64,000 nt of DNA, taken from the NCBI GenBank assembly GCA_030704615.1, contig CM060733.1:31372001-31436000 (forward strand), read 5' to 3'. Under the pieces are notes generated by a model that worked only from the letters and a program-made list of their open reading frames with translations, had not been told where the DNA came from and did no database searches. The position numbers and the translations under genes are program-made. This document shows positions 1 to 12,441 of the stretch, piece by piece (position 1 is the stretch's first letter; each line of letters starts with the position of its first letter). The DNA is from Takakia lepidozioides. Lineage: Eukaryota; Plantae; Bryophyta.

Positions 1-904
1 GAGCGGAGCAAGAGCAAGATGGCAGCTGGTTTGGTCGGTGGGGTGTGAACCACATCTACGGCGTCGGCTGCGTGTTGCCCGCACTGGAAGCCGTCGGCGA
101 GAGCATGGAATCCCCGTATGTGCGGAAAGCTTGCAGCTGGCTGGTGGCCCACCAAAACGAAGACGGCGGATGGGGTGAATCTTGTGCTTCTTACGTTGAC
201 CAAACCTTGCGCGGCGTGGGTCCCAGCACTCCGTCACAAACCGGGTGGGCACTGATGGCTTTACTGGCTCAAGGCTCAGCCGCTTATCTTCAACCGATCA
301 GAAACGGAGTCGACTATCTTGTGCGCACACAAACTAGCGAGGGCTCATGGCACGAGGAATACTTCACAGGCACAGGATTTCCTGGGTATGCAGGAGGTGG
401 TAATGTGGACCTGCGATCGAACAGCTCGCAGGTGCAACAGGGCAAAGAGATGAGCCGAGCATTCATGCTGCGATATCACATGTACCGACACTACTTCCCG
501 CTCATGGCCTTGGGTCGATCCCGGCAATACTTCGCCAACTTGCAGGGCTCCATATCTCCTGCACCCACATCTCATCTGCAACTATAGCGCTCCGTCACAT
601 GAGCTGCATGTCTGAAATCTTATCGATGCAAATCTAGTGGCTGGTAGATAGGATCTGCAATTTAACAGGTGGAAGAGAACCTGGGTAGGCAACGTCCGGG
701 CAAGACCAGGCTGAACTGCAGCCGCTAAAGTAGGGGCCAGTGCCTTACCCGTTCCAGCACGTTGCACTGCCTCAACCTCTCCTTTGCACCTCTCAGCGTG
801 TTCTTTCTTTCTGAGCTACATAAGGAAAAGACCACTAGATTCATACTAGATGAAACTTTTGTATTATGCTTCCTTCTAAAGGATTCTGGTTGAGGATCAT
901 TTTG
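1..904. repeat. Left arm of a long inverted repeat (partner 13184-14087)
   Basis: 1-904 is the reverse complement of 13184-14087. I found two substitutions: one synonymous GTC/GTG and one CAG>TAG. Confidence 0.95.
3..587 (+). CDS. shc: Squalene-hopene cyclase, C-terminal part (5' end lies outside the window)
   Basis: Frame from nt 3 reads QEQDGSWFGRWGVNHIYG...QNEDGGWGESCASY...STPSQTGWALMAL...QTSEGSWHEEYFTGTGFP...YHMYRHYFPLMALGR: QW repeats and C-terminal SHC motifs. No intron in this part; stop TAG at 585-587. Confidence 0.93.
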   Translation, partial: AEQEQDGSWFGRWGVNHIYGVGCVLPALEAVGESMESPYVRKACSWLVAHQNEDGGWGESCASYVDQTLRGVGPSTPSQTGWALMALLAQGSAAYLQPIRNGVDYLVRTQTSEGSWHEEYFTGTGFPGYAGGGNVDLRSNSSQVQQGKEMSRAFMLRYHMYRHYFPLMALGRSRQYFANLQGSISPAPTSHLQL

Positions 905-3063
905 TTATCATGTTTATCGATGTTTTATTTGATCTGAAAACTTTGGTGATGTTTGACAATATTTTAGAAAACTCTCTATTTATGTGCAAATCAACGGTTT
1001 CCAATGTTGTAAGGTTCAGTATGCTTCGAGGCTCTTGTAACTAGCAAAGAGCAGTAACTCAATGCAGATAACCTTGTAGAGACAGCAAGACACATCTAAA
1101 TAGAGGATCGACGCATGTGAGGTCTACTACATCATTTGCTCTACATGTTGTATGGCCACAAGGGGCCTACGAATGCCTCCCTTGTGGGGAAAATTAACAG
1201 AATGCCTCCTTGATTCCCCTCTCTAGTACACTTATCAGGAAATATATTCTCTTGCCTCTGGAGTTTGATCTCTCCTCTCTGAATCTGTTAGATAGCATAG
1301 TAGTACGCAGTGTAGTCTCGTAGTGTAATGTTTTATCACCACGACCACTTGGTGGACTCCCCTGTCGTGGCACAACACAAAAATCAGGGTTGCATCTTAA
1401 AATTTGCGCGAGAGTGGAAGTCCTAATCATCGCTCTCTTATCAACATGAAGTTGTGCACATATTTGTTGATTAGCCCGGAATGTGCTGTCAAGATACTTG
1501 AACTAAATTTAGGATAGACTATGATAGACTTCCGATTCCCAATTTAAAACAGTCACAACACATGCACATGCGATCTGACATGTAGGTATATACACAGGGA
1601 TGAAACGGATATATTCACATGTTATAATAATGCATGCTGACCATGTCCATGCTCAATCTTCGTGCACAGACAGTGATCTGTGCTGCACAGGCAGGGAATT
1701 AAGAGGACGCCAGGGCTGATGAGGCATATGGTTACTGGTATTTATAACTGGTGATAGCTATTTCATGTATGTGGTAGCAGCAAATTACTGTCACCGATGC
1801 TCCTGCAGGACGGGTTTGGACTGTTCACTTGACGTATTAATTTTCTCGGTGACTTTAATCCTCGTCCAATGGATTTAGTTCAGTGTCTCCATGTCTTTGA
1901 GAAATCATTCCTGAGGAAGTCTGTCATATGTCGTACAGTTTGGAAAGAGGCAAAGCTCATTTTGATGCCTAATTTCAACTGCAGTTGTGCACGACCCTGG
2001 ATTAGTGTTGCCTGTTTTTTTTGTTATATCATCATAAATGTCATGATTTTCTTACTCTGTAAAAGTATACACTAAGAATGACAAAAAGAGTGTTATTTGG
2101 TATTGAATACCTACTGGCCTCTTTGTTAAAACACCTCTGTAATTGTTACATTCAATATACACCTCTAAACTAGTGTTGAATGACTAGACTAATCCATTCT
2201 GGCCACTAACAAATCACCTCTAAAATGTTTTTGGGCCCTTGATTAACATGTCAGCATGTCTCTTGAAATCGTAAATGTGAGCTAGATGTATAAATGTGAC
2301 CACCTTCTCTTTCAGGTTCAACAAAGTGCAGAAGCACAGTATTCACGTCTAGAGGAGATGACTCGCAAACTGGAAGCTTTAAACTTTAAACCCAGAGCTG
2401 AGAGGAGGTGCCACACAACTACTGGCTGCTGGGGTAGGGACTAATGGCATTACCCCTCGGCAACCAACTGGCCAACAACCTTCAGACAACATTGAGGTAA
2501 AATCTTTTTGGCGAGGATGTCTCCAGTTTATATTTCCAGCTGTCTTGTCCTGGTTCTCATGGTTCTCATTTTCTGTATAAATGGTAGGAGAAGGAGGGTG
2601 GCTCCTCAAAGTTGACCATATTGTGTTGGGACAAAATCGTATTAATGAGCTTGATATGTACGGACCTGAGAAAAGTGACTACTACTAAAAGGCGTTGCTG
2701 AAATTGCTGGCTTAATCTTCTGTTCCTTTTGCGTTGGAGTCTTTGAATTCTTCAGCCTGCCAAACTTCACCAAAAATATAAGGTTGTTGCTGGGAACCAA
2801 AAAAAAGACACCTGAGGTTGGGGGAGGTTCTGACCAGGGAGGGGACAATGCGTCATACAGAAAATCTTCAAATGGCACATGCATCCCAAGAGTGGCAGCC
2901 ATAGTTCCATCCATCAACTCACACCAATCTCCAACAACATTAGAGTTATCCGTAAATTCGGACCTGAGTTTCATCCTGAGTTGTTAAAAACCTTCAATTT
3001 CGACGCGAGTTTGCTTTCCCTCTGCAAATTTCTTAGGAATTGTTAAACACAGGTTGACTCGCC

Positions 3064-3101
3064 CGCGGGTTTATGCACATCTCGCGGGTTTATGCACATC
3101 T
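3064..3101. repeat. 19-bp direct tandem duplication (cgcgggtttatgcacatct x2)
   Basis: Read directly from sequence. Confidence 0.85.
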
Positions 3102-3656
3102 CAGGGCAAGTGCTCCCACAGCGGGCCCTCTGTTGTCGCGAGCCTTCTCAACTTAAACTCACGATGAAACTCCTTGGACGTGCATTTGGGCAGGTGTCTT
3201 GAGTTTGGACCCGAGTTGAATACGACAAAAATTGCAAAAAAAAACGTGCATCCTAGCTGGACGTGAGTTTTGCCTTGAAGTGGGTCGAGTCGTCCTGAGT
3301 TGAGGGTATTTACGGATAACTCTATTAGCAGAGTCTTTTCCGACAACAGACATGGCACCCAAGCCTGACGGACAGTTGGCAGAGTCCGATAGGGGGCAGG
3401 TTAGTGACCAGTCCCCACTATGGAATCCCAAAACAGCTATCATGGTTGGGGCCGCAGGCCTTGGGACTTGAGTGGAATATTCCAGAAACATAGGTAAAGA
3501 TTCTGTAGGCTTTGAGATGCAATGTGGCTTGAGCTAATGTCCTTGGCTTGAGGCTCAACCTCAAGACGTATAATGTATTTTCTATATATTTTCAAAATAC
3601 GTATATCTTATCTGAAAAAATAAGGGATGGGCAGTCATAAAAAAACTTCATTCCGT

Positions 3657-3790
3657 AGACCTCAAGCCACGTGACCTCAGCCTCAGACCGTGGGACCTCA
3701 AGCCCTAGGATCCCCATCCTAGGCCACATGATCTCAGGCCCTAGAACCTTAGGCCACATGACCTCAGGCCCTAAGACCCTAGGCCACATG
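3657..3790. repeat. Short ~30-bp tandem repeat (taggccacatgacctcaggccctaagaccc-like)
   Basis: aggccacatg recurs at 3721, 3751 and 3781, with degenerate units upstream. Confidence 0.75.
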
Positions 3791-5360
3791 TACATAATAC
3801 GTTTTAATATTCTTCGAAAAATCGGGGAACAAAGAAGGGAACCACCCGGTTTAGGGGTTCGCAACTCAAGGCGGGAGTTTTGCCGATGCTCCTCTGCGGC
3901 AGAGGAGCTCTTCCCAGATCGAGAAGGTACACCAAGCAAACTCTGGTCTTGAAAAAACTCGGTGATTTACGAAATTTGAGTGTCGTGCAGCGGTCGATGC
4001 GGTTTCCTATTGAAGAGGAGGTCAAGGCAGTGGTGATTGGGCAATGGTTGGGCTGCAGCAGCTACTGGTCTTCATTTTCTTCGAGTTTACTCTGAAGCTG
4101 GCTTGCAGGTATGACATTTCCCATTCTAACGACTGAGCAATCCTGTCCATCTATGTCCTTTTCCATACTTTACGGCTTTAGGTCTGCAAGAAGATTGGCT
4201 GCCTCACCTCAAAATTCCTGTTTTTGCAGCAACACGTTTGCAATTCTGACTGCAATTCTGACTTGCCCAGCAAGATAGGCCCCAGTACATCCGTAGCTTG
4301 CCTTAGCCCTTTCCCCATGTGAATTTGTTTGAAAGTGGAAGTGGTGTCACAAAGTCTCATTGCCTAATAAAACTTGAATGGCCTTGCAGAGATTTGTTTC
4401 ATCTTTGGCAGGTCCAATTGTAGTACTAGCAGGCCATGAGCAGCAGTTGGCCGTAGACACTCATGCCTCCAACCCCCTACCTTCCGGTGAAGGGGGGCTT
4501 TGTACGGCAGAGATTGCCATTGTCGTCATCTCTTATTGAAAATGGAACTTGGCAATCCGTGTCATCGTCATCGGATCGCTTTGGACGTGTTTCATGGCAA
4601 GGTGCGTGTAGGTGGGAAGCAGTAAGACCTGATTCCAGGGTTGGAGTCTCTCACCGAAACGTCAAGGCCAGTGAGCACTACATTCAGGATAGTGCGGCGG
4701 CCGCAGATGAGTTGGTAATTCCCCTGAACGACATGTTTCTTAAGGATGGTTTACTTATGTAATCAAAGCAAGCTGGTCCACTAGGAATCACGTTGGTCTC
4801 TCCAAAGTTAAATGCCAGCAAGCAGTTTTATTTATCATTGTGCTGCAGCAATACTATGTAATAGGAGGTGGAGTTGTACTAATGGGAGAGATTGTGTCAG
4901 AACAGTTTCCACCAGACTGGAGTATGCTGCAGATTTGTTTCTTTGATTTCCGTGTAGATGTGCAAATGTGCATCCGACTCCCTGACAGACATTGTCTACC
5001 TGAGAGAGAGACCAAATGGAAGTGGAGACTGCAAGTAGGATTATTTTCTGACGTTCACTCCTGATTGATCGAAGGGCATGATGGGCAGTGCGAAGACGAC
5101 ATTGGGAAAAATATTGTTTGAAGCCCTTGGTTACTATTTTTGCGATAGGTTTGTAAATGCTATTTACCCAATCCATTCTTTGTATCTGCACATGTATCTG
5201 TCCACTTAATATATAGGCCAATTTTGTGCAACCAATCATTCTGCATATGCAAGATGCCTCCCCTCCTATTCACCTTTCGAGCTTGCTTTGTTATACCTTG
5301 AGAAAGGGGGTTTGGTGTTGTATAAGATTCTAAGGAGGTTTGATGTGGCAGTTTAGGGTT

Positions 5361-5617
5361 TAACGCCAGGCCGCGGGTGCTCCATGTACGGTGGTTCCCG
5401 GGAAAAAAATATATATATATTTTTTTGCCTACCCCTATGCCAAAACTGTCATAGGGAAGCACACGGTTAGAGGCATACGATTGTGAACAACCATAGGTAA
5501 ACTTGAGTTGGAGAGCCGTGTGATGGGTAACCATCTCGCACGGTTCGGAGAGCACTTTGTTATATCGCGAGAGTGCACGGAGAAACTGCGGCTCTGCGAT
5601 GGAACTCTCGACCCTAC
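5361..5617 (+). other. 3' end of mitochondrial group II intron (nad9i283-type) with intact domains V and VI
   Basis: Domain V gagagccgtgtgatgggtaaccatctcgcacggttcggagag; ends ...gaccctAC before nad9 [A]GT ATT CAG TAT AAC TCA CGC, i.e. phase 1 in the Ser of the S-I-Q-Y-N-S-R motif. Confidence 0.85.
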
Positions 5618-5958
5618 GTATTCAGTATAACTCACGCAATCGTGTACAAACCAGTGTAGACGAAATAACTCCAATTCGTTCGGTAGTCAGTATATTTCCA
5701 TCAGCCGGCCGGTGGGAGCGAGAAGTGTGGGATATGTTTGGTGTGTATTTTTCCAATCATCCTGATTTACGCCGTATATCAACAGATTATGGTTTTGAGG
5801 GTCATCCATTACGAAAAGACCTTCTTTCAAGTGGATATGTGGAAGTACGTTATGATGATTCAGAGAAACGTGTGGTTTCTGAACCTATCGAGATGACTCA
5901 AGAATTTCGCTATTTTGATTTCGCTAGTCCTTGGGAACAAAAGTCGCGTAGTGAGTGA
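5618..5958 (+). pseudogene. nad9: nad9 exon 2, NUMT copy 1
   Basis: [18 protein letters not shown]...[11 protein letters not shown]...[12 protein letters not shown]...[13 protein letters not shown] = complex I subunit 9 C-terminus; exon 1 absent. Confidence 0.92.
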
Positions 5959-6458
5959 CAAATCGAATGGAAAGTAAGCAAAAAATGCTTACAGCCATCT
6001 CGAGAATATGCAATTCCGTAGTAATTGCATGCTTGGCTCGGTTCTGCGGCAAGCCGAATAATCCGCTTTGCCTGTTCGAACCAACCCCGGTCTTTCCAAG
6101 CCGAAACAGCGGGAGTGTTGACCCTTCGTGAAAACGCCGTGCTCGGGTGATGGGGGTTCGAGAGAAGAAAGTGGGCCTCCGCTACTTCATTGGCTTAACG
6201 AAGAAAGGTGGAGAGAAGAAAAAAAAAAAATTCTTGCTGCGCCAAAAAATCCCCAAAATTTTTTTGGCTACGCCCTAAAAAATTCTTTTTTTTTCGCGTC
6301 TTCTCTTCCCCTTTCGTTTTATTGGCCTCAAGGAGCTCGGCCACCCCCCCCCCCCCCCTCCCCGTCCCGATTCATCATTGAAGATGATAAATTGGGCACA
6401 ATCTGAAGGTTCAGATTGTGGAATTTTTTAATTTATTGGTAGAAGGTTTGATTAATTT

Positions 6459-7194
6459 ACGAACAAATTGACTGGAAATGAATTGGATGGAGTGGAACTA
6501 TCTACATTATTAGAACAAAGAATTACCAATTACTACACTAAATTGCAAGTGGATGAGATCGGTCGAGTGGTATCAGTTGGAGATGGAATTGCACGTGTTT
6601 ATGGATCAAACAAGATTCAGGCCGGGGAAATGGTTGAATTTGCCAGCGGTGTGAAAGGAATGGCTTTGAATCCAGAAAATGAGAATGTAGGAATCGTTAT
6701 ATCTGGTAGTGATACTGCCATTAAAGAAGGAGATATTGTCAAACGCAGTGGATCTATTGTGGATGTTCTTGTAGGAAAGGCCTTGTTAGGTCGTGTGGTT
6801 GATGCGTTAGGAGTACCTATTGATGGAAAATGTGCTTTAAGCGCTGCGGAACGGAGACGTGTAGAAGTTAAAGCCCCCGGGATTATTGCACGTAAATCTG
6901 TGCACGAACCCATGCAAACGAGATTAAAAGCAGTGGATAGCCTGGTTCCTATAGGTCGTGGTCAACGAGAACTTATAATAGGAGACAGACAAACTGGAAA
7001 GACTGCTATAGCTATTGTACCATATCGAACCAGAAACAAATCAACGCACAGGGCACCTCGGATAGTGAAAAATTGTATTGTGTGTATGTAGCGATTGGAC
7101 AGAAACGTTCAACCGTGGCACAATTAGTTAAGATTCCTTCAGAAGCGGGCGCTTTAGAATATCGCATTATCGCAGCAGCCACTGCTCCGGATCC
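6459..7194 (+). pseudogene. atp1: atp1 5' fragment, NUMT copy 1 (ACG start, -1 frameshift near 7017, truncated)
   Basis: [11 protein letters not shown]...[18 protein letters not shown]...[12 protein letters not shown] (Walker A). After a 1-nt deletion it continues ...[17 protein letters not shown]...AATAPDP. Confidence 0.93.
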
Positions 7195-7893
7195 GTCCAA
7201 CTATTACCATCCGGCGAACTCTAAACACCGATGTATAACGTGCTTGAGCTACATACTACGTACCTCACTGGCCAAAGCATATGCGACCAAATTTCGACTA
7301 AGCAGCACCGCAGCTGAGGTGTTTGCCAAGGGTGATAGAGACCCGTCAAACCCGATTAAGGCTAAGAAGAGCCATGCCATGGCAGGAGGCGCACCCTTGC
7401 GAGACGGGGTCTTTTTGGGGTACAAGACCACTTCGTTCGCGTAGCGGGCCAGGGTTGTCCCAGCCATTCCCTATACCATACGCGATATGGTTAAATACTG
7501 CTACCCGACACCAAACCGCTAGCCAAGAACTGGCAACCGCGGGGGGCAAAGTCCGCTTGAATCGCAAAGCCCATTCCCTTACGAAAGTTACCATGAAAAG
7601 CAATACAAGGGCGCAGCAGTTCTGGAAGCCATATGTGCTAGTTCTGGCCATAACGCCAGGCCGCGGGTGCTCCATGTACGGTGGTTCCCGGGAAAAAAAT
7701 ATATTATTATTTTTTGCCTACCCCTGTGCCAAAACTGTCATAGGGAAGCACACGGTTAGAGGCATACGATTGTGAACAACCATAGGTAAACTTGTGTGAT
7801 GGGTAACCATCTCGCACGGTTCGGAGAGCACTTTGTTATATCGCGAGAGTGCACGGAGAAACTGCGGCTCTGCGATGGAACTCTCGACCCTAC
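7195..7893 (+). pseudogene. nad9 group II intron 3' part with maturase domain X remnant, copy 2 (domain V partly deleted)
   Basis: [45 protein letters not shown] matches maturase domain X. 13-bp deletion in domain V relative to copy 1. Confidence 0.8.
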
Positions 7894-8234
7894 GTATTCA
7901 GTATAACTCACGCATTCGTGTACAAACCAGTGTAGACGAAATAACTCCAATTCGTTCGGTAGTCAGTATATTTCCATCAGCCGGCCGGTGGGAGCGAGAA
8001 GTGTGGGATATGTTTGGTGTGTATTTTTCCAATCATCCTGATTTACGCCGTATATCAACAGATTATGGTTTTGAGGGTCATCCATTACGAAAAGACCTTC
8101 TTTCAAGTGGATATGTGGAAGTACGTTATGATGATTCAGAGAAACGTGTGGTTTCTGAACCTATCGAGATGACTCAAGAATTTCGCTATTTTGATTTCGC
8201 TAGTCCTTGGGAACAAAAGTCGCGTAGTGAGTGA
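7894..8234 (+). pseudogene. nad9: nad9 exon 2, NUMT copy 2
   Basis: Same motifs as copy 1. Confidence 0.92.
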
Positions 8235-8732
8235 CAAATCGAATGGAAAGTAAGCAAAAAATGCTTACAGCCATCTCGAGAATATGCAATTCCGTAGTAA
8301 TTGCATGCTTGGCTCGGTTCTGCGGCAAGCCGAATAATCCGCTTTGCCTGTTCGAACCAACCCCGGTCTTTCCAAGCCGAAACAGCGGGAGTGTTGACCC
8401 TTCGTGAAAACGCCGCGCTCGGGTGATGGGGGTTCGAGAGAAGAAAGTGGGCCTCCGCTACTTCATTGGCTTAACGAAGAAAGGTGGAGAGAAGAAAAAA
8501 AAAAAAATCTTGCTGCGCCAAAAAATCCCCAAAATTTTTTTGGCTACGCCCTAAAAAATTCTTTTTTTTTCGCGTCTTCTCTTCCCCTTTCGTTTTATTG
8601 GCCTCAAGGAGCTCGGCCAACCCCCCCCCCCCTCCCCGTCCCGATTCATCATTGAAGATGATAAATTGGGCACAATCTGAAGGTTCAGATTGTGGAATTT
8701 TTTAATTTATTGGTAGAAGGTTTGATTAATTT

Positions 8733-9468
8733 ACGAACAAATTGACTGGAAATGAATTGGCTGGAGTGGAACTATCTACATTATTAGAACAAAGAATTAC
8801 CAATTACTACACTAAATTGCAAGTGGATGAGATCGGTCGAGTGGTATCAGTTGGAGATGGAATTGCACGTGTTTATGGATCAAACAAGATTCAGGCCGGG
8901 GAAATGGTTGAATTTGCCAGCGGTGTAAAAGGAATGGCTTTGAATCCAGAAAATGAGAATGTAGGAATCGTTATATCTGGTAGTGATACTGCCATTAAAG
9001 AAGGAGATATTGTCAAACGCACTGGATCTATTGTGGATGTTCTTGTAGGAAAGGCCTTGTTAGGTCGTGTGGTTGATGCGTTAGGAGTACCTATTGATGG
9101 AAAATGTGCTTTAAGCGCTGCGGAACGAAGACGTGTAGAAGTTAAAGCCCCCGGGATTATTGCACGTAAATCTGTGCACGAACCCATGCAAACGAGATTA
9201 AAAGCAGTGGATAGCCTGGTTCCTATAGGTCGTGGTCAACGAGAACTTATAATAGGAGACAGACAAACTGGAAAGACTGCTATAGCTATTGTACCATATC
9301 GAACCAGAAACAAATCAACGCACAGGGCACCTCGGATAGTGAAAAATTGTATTGTGTGTATGTAGCGATTGGACAGAAACGTTCAACCGTGGCACAATTA
9401 GTTAAGATTCCTTCAGAAGCGGGCGCTTTAGAATATCGCATTATCGCAGCAGCCACTGCTCCGGATCC
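8733..9468 (+). pseudogene. atp1: atp1 5' fragment, NUMT copy 2
   Basis: Same as copy 1, same frameshift. Confidence 0.92.
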
Positions 9469-10167
9469 GTCCAACTATTACCATCCGGCGAACTCTAAAC
9501 ACCGATGTATAACGTGCTTGAGCTACATACTACGTACCTCACTGGCCAAAGCATATGCGACCAAATTTCGACTAAGCAGCACCGCAGCTGAGGTGTTTGC
9601 CAAGGGTGATAGAGACCCGTCAAACCCGATTAAGGCTAAGAAGAGCCATGCCATGGCAGGAGGCGCACCCTTGCGAGACGGGGTCTTTTTGGGGTACAAG
9701 ACCACTTCGTTCGCGTAGCGGGCCAGGGTTGTCCCAGCCATTCCCTATACCATACGCGATATGGTTAAATACTGCTACCCGACACCAAACCGCTAGCCAA
9801 GAACTGGCAACCGCGGGGGGCAAAGTCCGCTTGAATCGCAAAGCCCATTCCCTTACGAAAGTTACCATGAAAAGCAATACAAGGGCGCAGCAGTTCTGGA
9901 AGCCATATGTGCTAGTTCTGGCCATAACGCCAGGCCGCGGGTGCTCCATGTACGGTGGTTCCCGGGAAAAAAATATATTATTATTTTTTGCCTACCCCTG
10001 TGCCAAAACTGTCATAGGGAAGCACACGGTTAGAGGCATACGATTGTGAACAACCATAGGTAAACTTGTGTGATGGGTAACCATCTCGCACGGTTCGGAG
10101 AGCACTTTGTTATATCGCGAGAGTGCACGGAGAAACTGCGGCTCTGCGATGGAACTCTCGACCCTAC
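9469..10167 (+). pseudogene. nad9 intron 3' part / maturase X remnant, copy 3
   Basis: Near-identical to 7195-7893. Confidence 0.8.
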
Positions 10168-10508
10168 GTATTCAGTATAACTCACGCATTCGTGTACAAA
10201 CCAGTGTAGACGAAATAACTCCAATTCGTTCGGTAGTCAGTATATTTCCATCAGCCGGCCGGTGGGAGCGAGAAGTGTGGGATATGTTTGGTGTGTATTT
10301 TTCCAATCATCCTGATTTACGCCGTATATCAACAGATTATGGTTTTGAGGGTCATCCATTACGAAAAGACCTTCTTTCAAGTGGATATGTGGAAGTACGT
10401 TATGATGATTCAGAGAAACGTGTGGTTTCTGAACCTATCGAGATGACTCAAGAATTTCGCTATTTTGATTTCGCTAGTCCTTGGGAACAAAAGTCGCGTA
10501 GTGAGTGA
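10168..10508 (+). pseudogene. nad9: nad9 exon 2, NUMT copy 3
   Basis: Same motifs. Confidence 0.92.
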
Positions 10509-11007
10509 CAAATCGAATGGAAAGTAAGCAAAAAATGCTTACAGCCATCTCGAGAATATGCAATTCCGTAGTAATTGCATGCTTGGCTCGGTTCTGCGGC
10601 AAGCCGAATAATCCGCTTTGCCTGTTCGAACCAACCCCGGTCTTTCCAAGCCGAAACAGCGGGAGTGTTGACCCTTCGTGAAAACGCCGCGCTCGGGTGA
10701 TGGGGGTTCGAGAGAAGAAAGTGGGCCTCCGCTACTTCATTGGCTTAACGAAGAAAGGTGGAGAGAAGAAAAAAAAAAAATTCTTGCTGCGCCAAAAAAT
10801 CCCCAAAGTTTTTTTGGCTACGCCCTAAAAAATTCTTTTTTTTTCGCGTCTTCTCTTCCCCTTTCGTTTTATTGGCCTCAAGGAGCTCGGCCAACCCCCC
10901 CCCCCCCTCCCCGTCCCGATTCATCATTGAAGATGATAAATTGGGCACAATCTGAAGGTTCAGATTGTGGAATTTTTTAATTTATTGGTAGAAGGTTTGA
11001 TTAATTT

Positions 11008-11743
11008 ACGAACAAATTGACTGGAAATGAATTGGCTGGAGTGGAACTATCTACATTATTAGAACAAAGAATTACCAATTACTACACTAAATTGCAAGTG
11101 GATGAGATCGGTCGAGTGGTATCAGTTGGAGATGGAATTGCACGTGTTTATGGATCAAACAAGATTCAGGCCGGGGAAATGGTTGAATTTGCCAGCGGTG
11201 TGAAAGGAATGGCTTTGAATCCAGAAAATGAGAATGTAGGAATCGTTATATCTGGTAGTGATACTGCCATTAAAGAAGGAGATATTGTCAAACGCACTGG
11301 ATCTATTGTGGATGTTCTTGTAGGAAAGGCCTTGTTAGGTCGTGTGGTTGATGCGTTAGGAGTACCTATTGATGGAAAATGTGCTTTAAGCGCTGCGGAA
11401 CGAAGACGTGTAGAAGTTAAAGCCCCCGGGATTATTGCACGTAAATCTGTGCACGAACCCATGCAAACGAGATTAAAAGCAGTGGATAGCCTGGTTCCTA
11501 TAGGTCGTGGTCAACGAGAACTTATAATAGGAGACAGACAAACTGGAAAGACTGCTATAGCTATTGTACCATATCGAACCAGAAACAAATCAACGCACAG
11601 GGCACCTCGGATAGTGAAAAATTGTATTGTGTGTATGTAGCGATTGGACAGAAACGTTCAACCGTGGCACAATTAGTTAAGATTCCTTCAGAAGCGGGCG
11701 CTTTAGAATATCGCATTATCGCAGCAGCCACTGCTCCGGATCC
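11008..11743 (+). pseudogene. atp1: atp1 5' fragment, NUMT copy 3
   Basis: Same as copy 2. Confidence 0.92.
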
Positions 11744-12441
11744 GTCCAACTATTACCATCCGGCGAACTCTAAACACCGATGTATAACGTGCTTGAGCTA
11801 CATACTACGTACCTCACTGGCCAAAGCATATGCGACCAAATTTCGACTAAGCAGCACCGCAGCTGAGGTGTTTGCCAAGGGTGATAGAGACCCGTCAAAC
11901 CCGATTAAGGCTAAGAAGAGCCATGCCATGGCAGGAGGCGCACCCTTGCGAGACGGGGTCTTTTTGGGTACAAGACCACTTCGTTCGCGTAGCGGGCCAG
12001 GGTTGTCCCAGCCATTCCCTATACCATACGCGATATGGTTAAATACTGCTACCCGACACCAAACCGCTAGCCAAGAACTGGCAACCGCGGGGGGCAAAGT
12101 CCGCTTGAATCGCAAAGCCCATTCCCTTACGAAAGTTACCATGAAAAGCAATACAAGGGCGCAGCAGTTCTGGAAGCCATATGTGCTAGTTCTGGCCATA
12201 ACGCCAGGCCGCGGGTGCTCCATGTACGGTGGTTCCCGGGAAAAAAATATATTATTATTTTTTGCCTACCCCTGTGCCAAAACTGTCATAGGGAAGCACA
12301 CGGTTAGAGGCATACGATTGTGAACAACCATAGGTAAACTTGTGTGATGGGTAACCATCTCGCACGGTTCGGAGAGCACTTTGTTATATCGCGAGAGTGC
12401 ACGGAGAAACTGCGGCTCTGCGATGGAACTCTCGACCCTAC
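11744..12441 (+). pseudogene. nad9 intron 3' part / maturase X remnant, copy 4
   Basis: Near-identical, with a 1-nt deletion in a G run near 11966. Confidence 0.8.

Noticed and set aside
345-767. Antisense short ORFs over SHC and its 3' flank (and their mirror ORFs 13321-13743)
   Set aside because: Shadow ORFs; their duplication simply reflects the inverted repeat.
4463-5130. Possible decayed gene (ELVIPLNDMFLK...CIRLPDRHCLP)
   Set aside because: Looks coding-like, but I cannot assign a family and it has stops and frameshifts.
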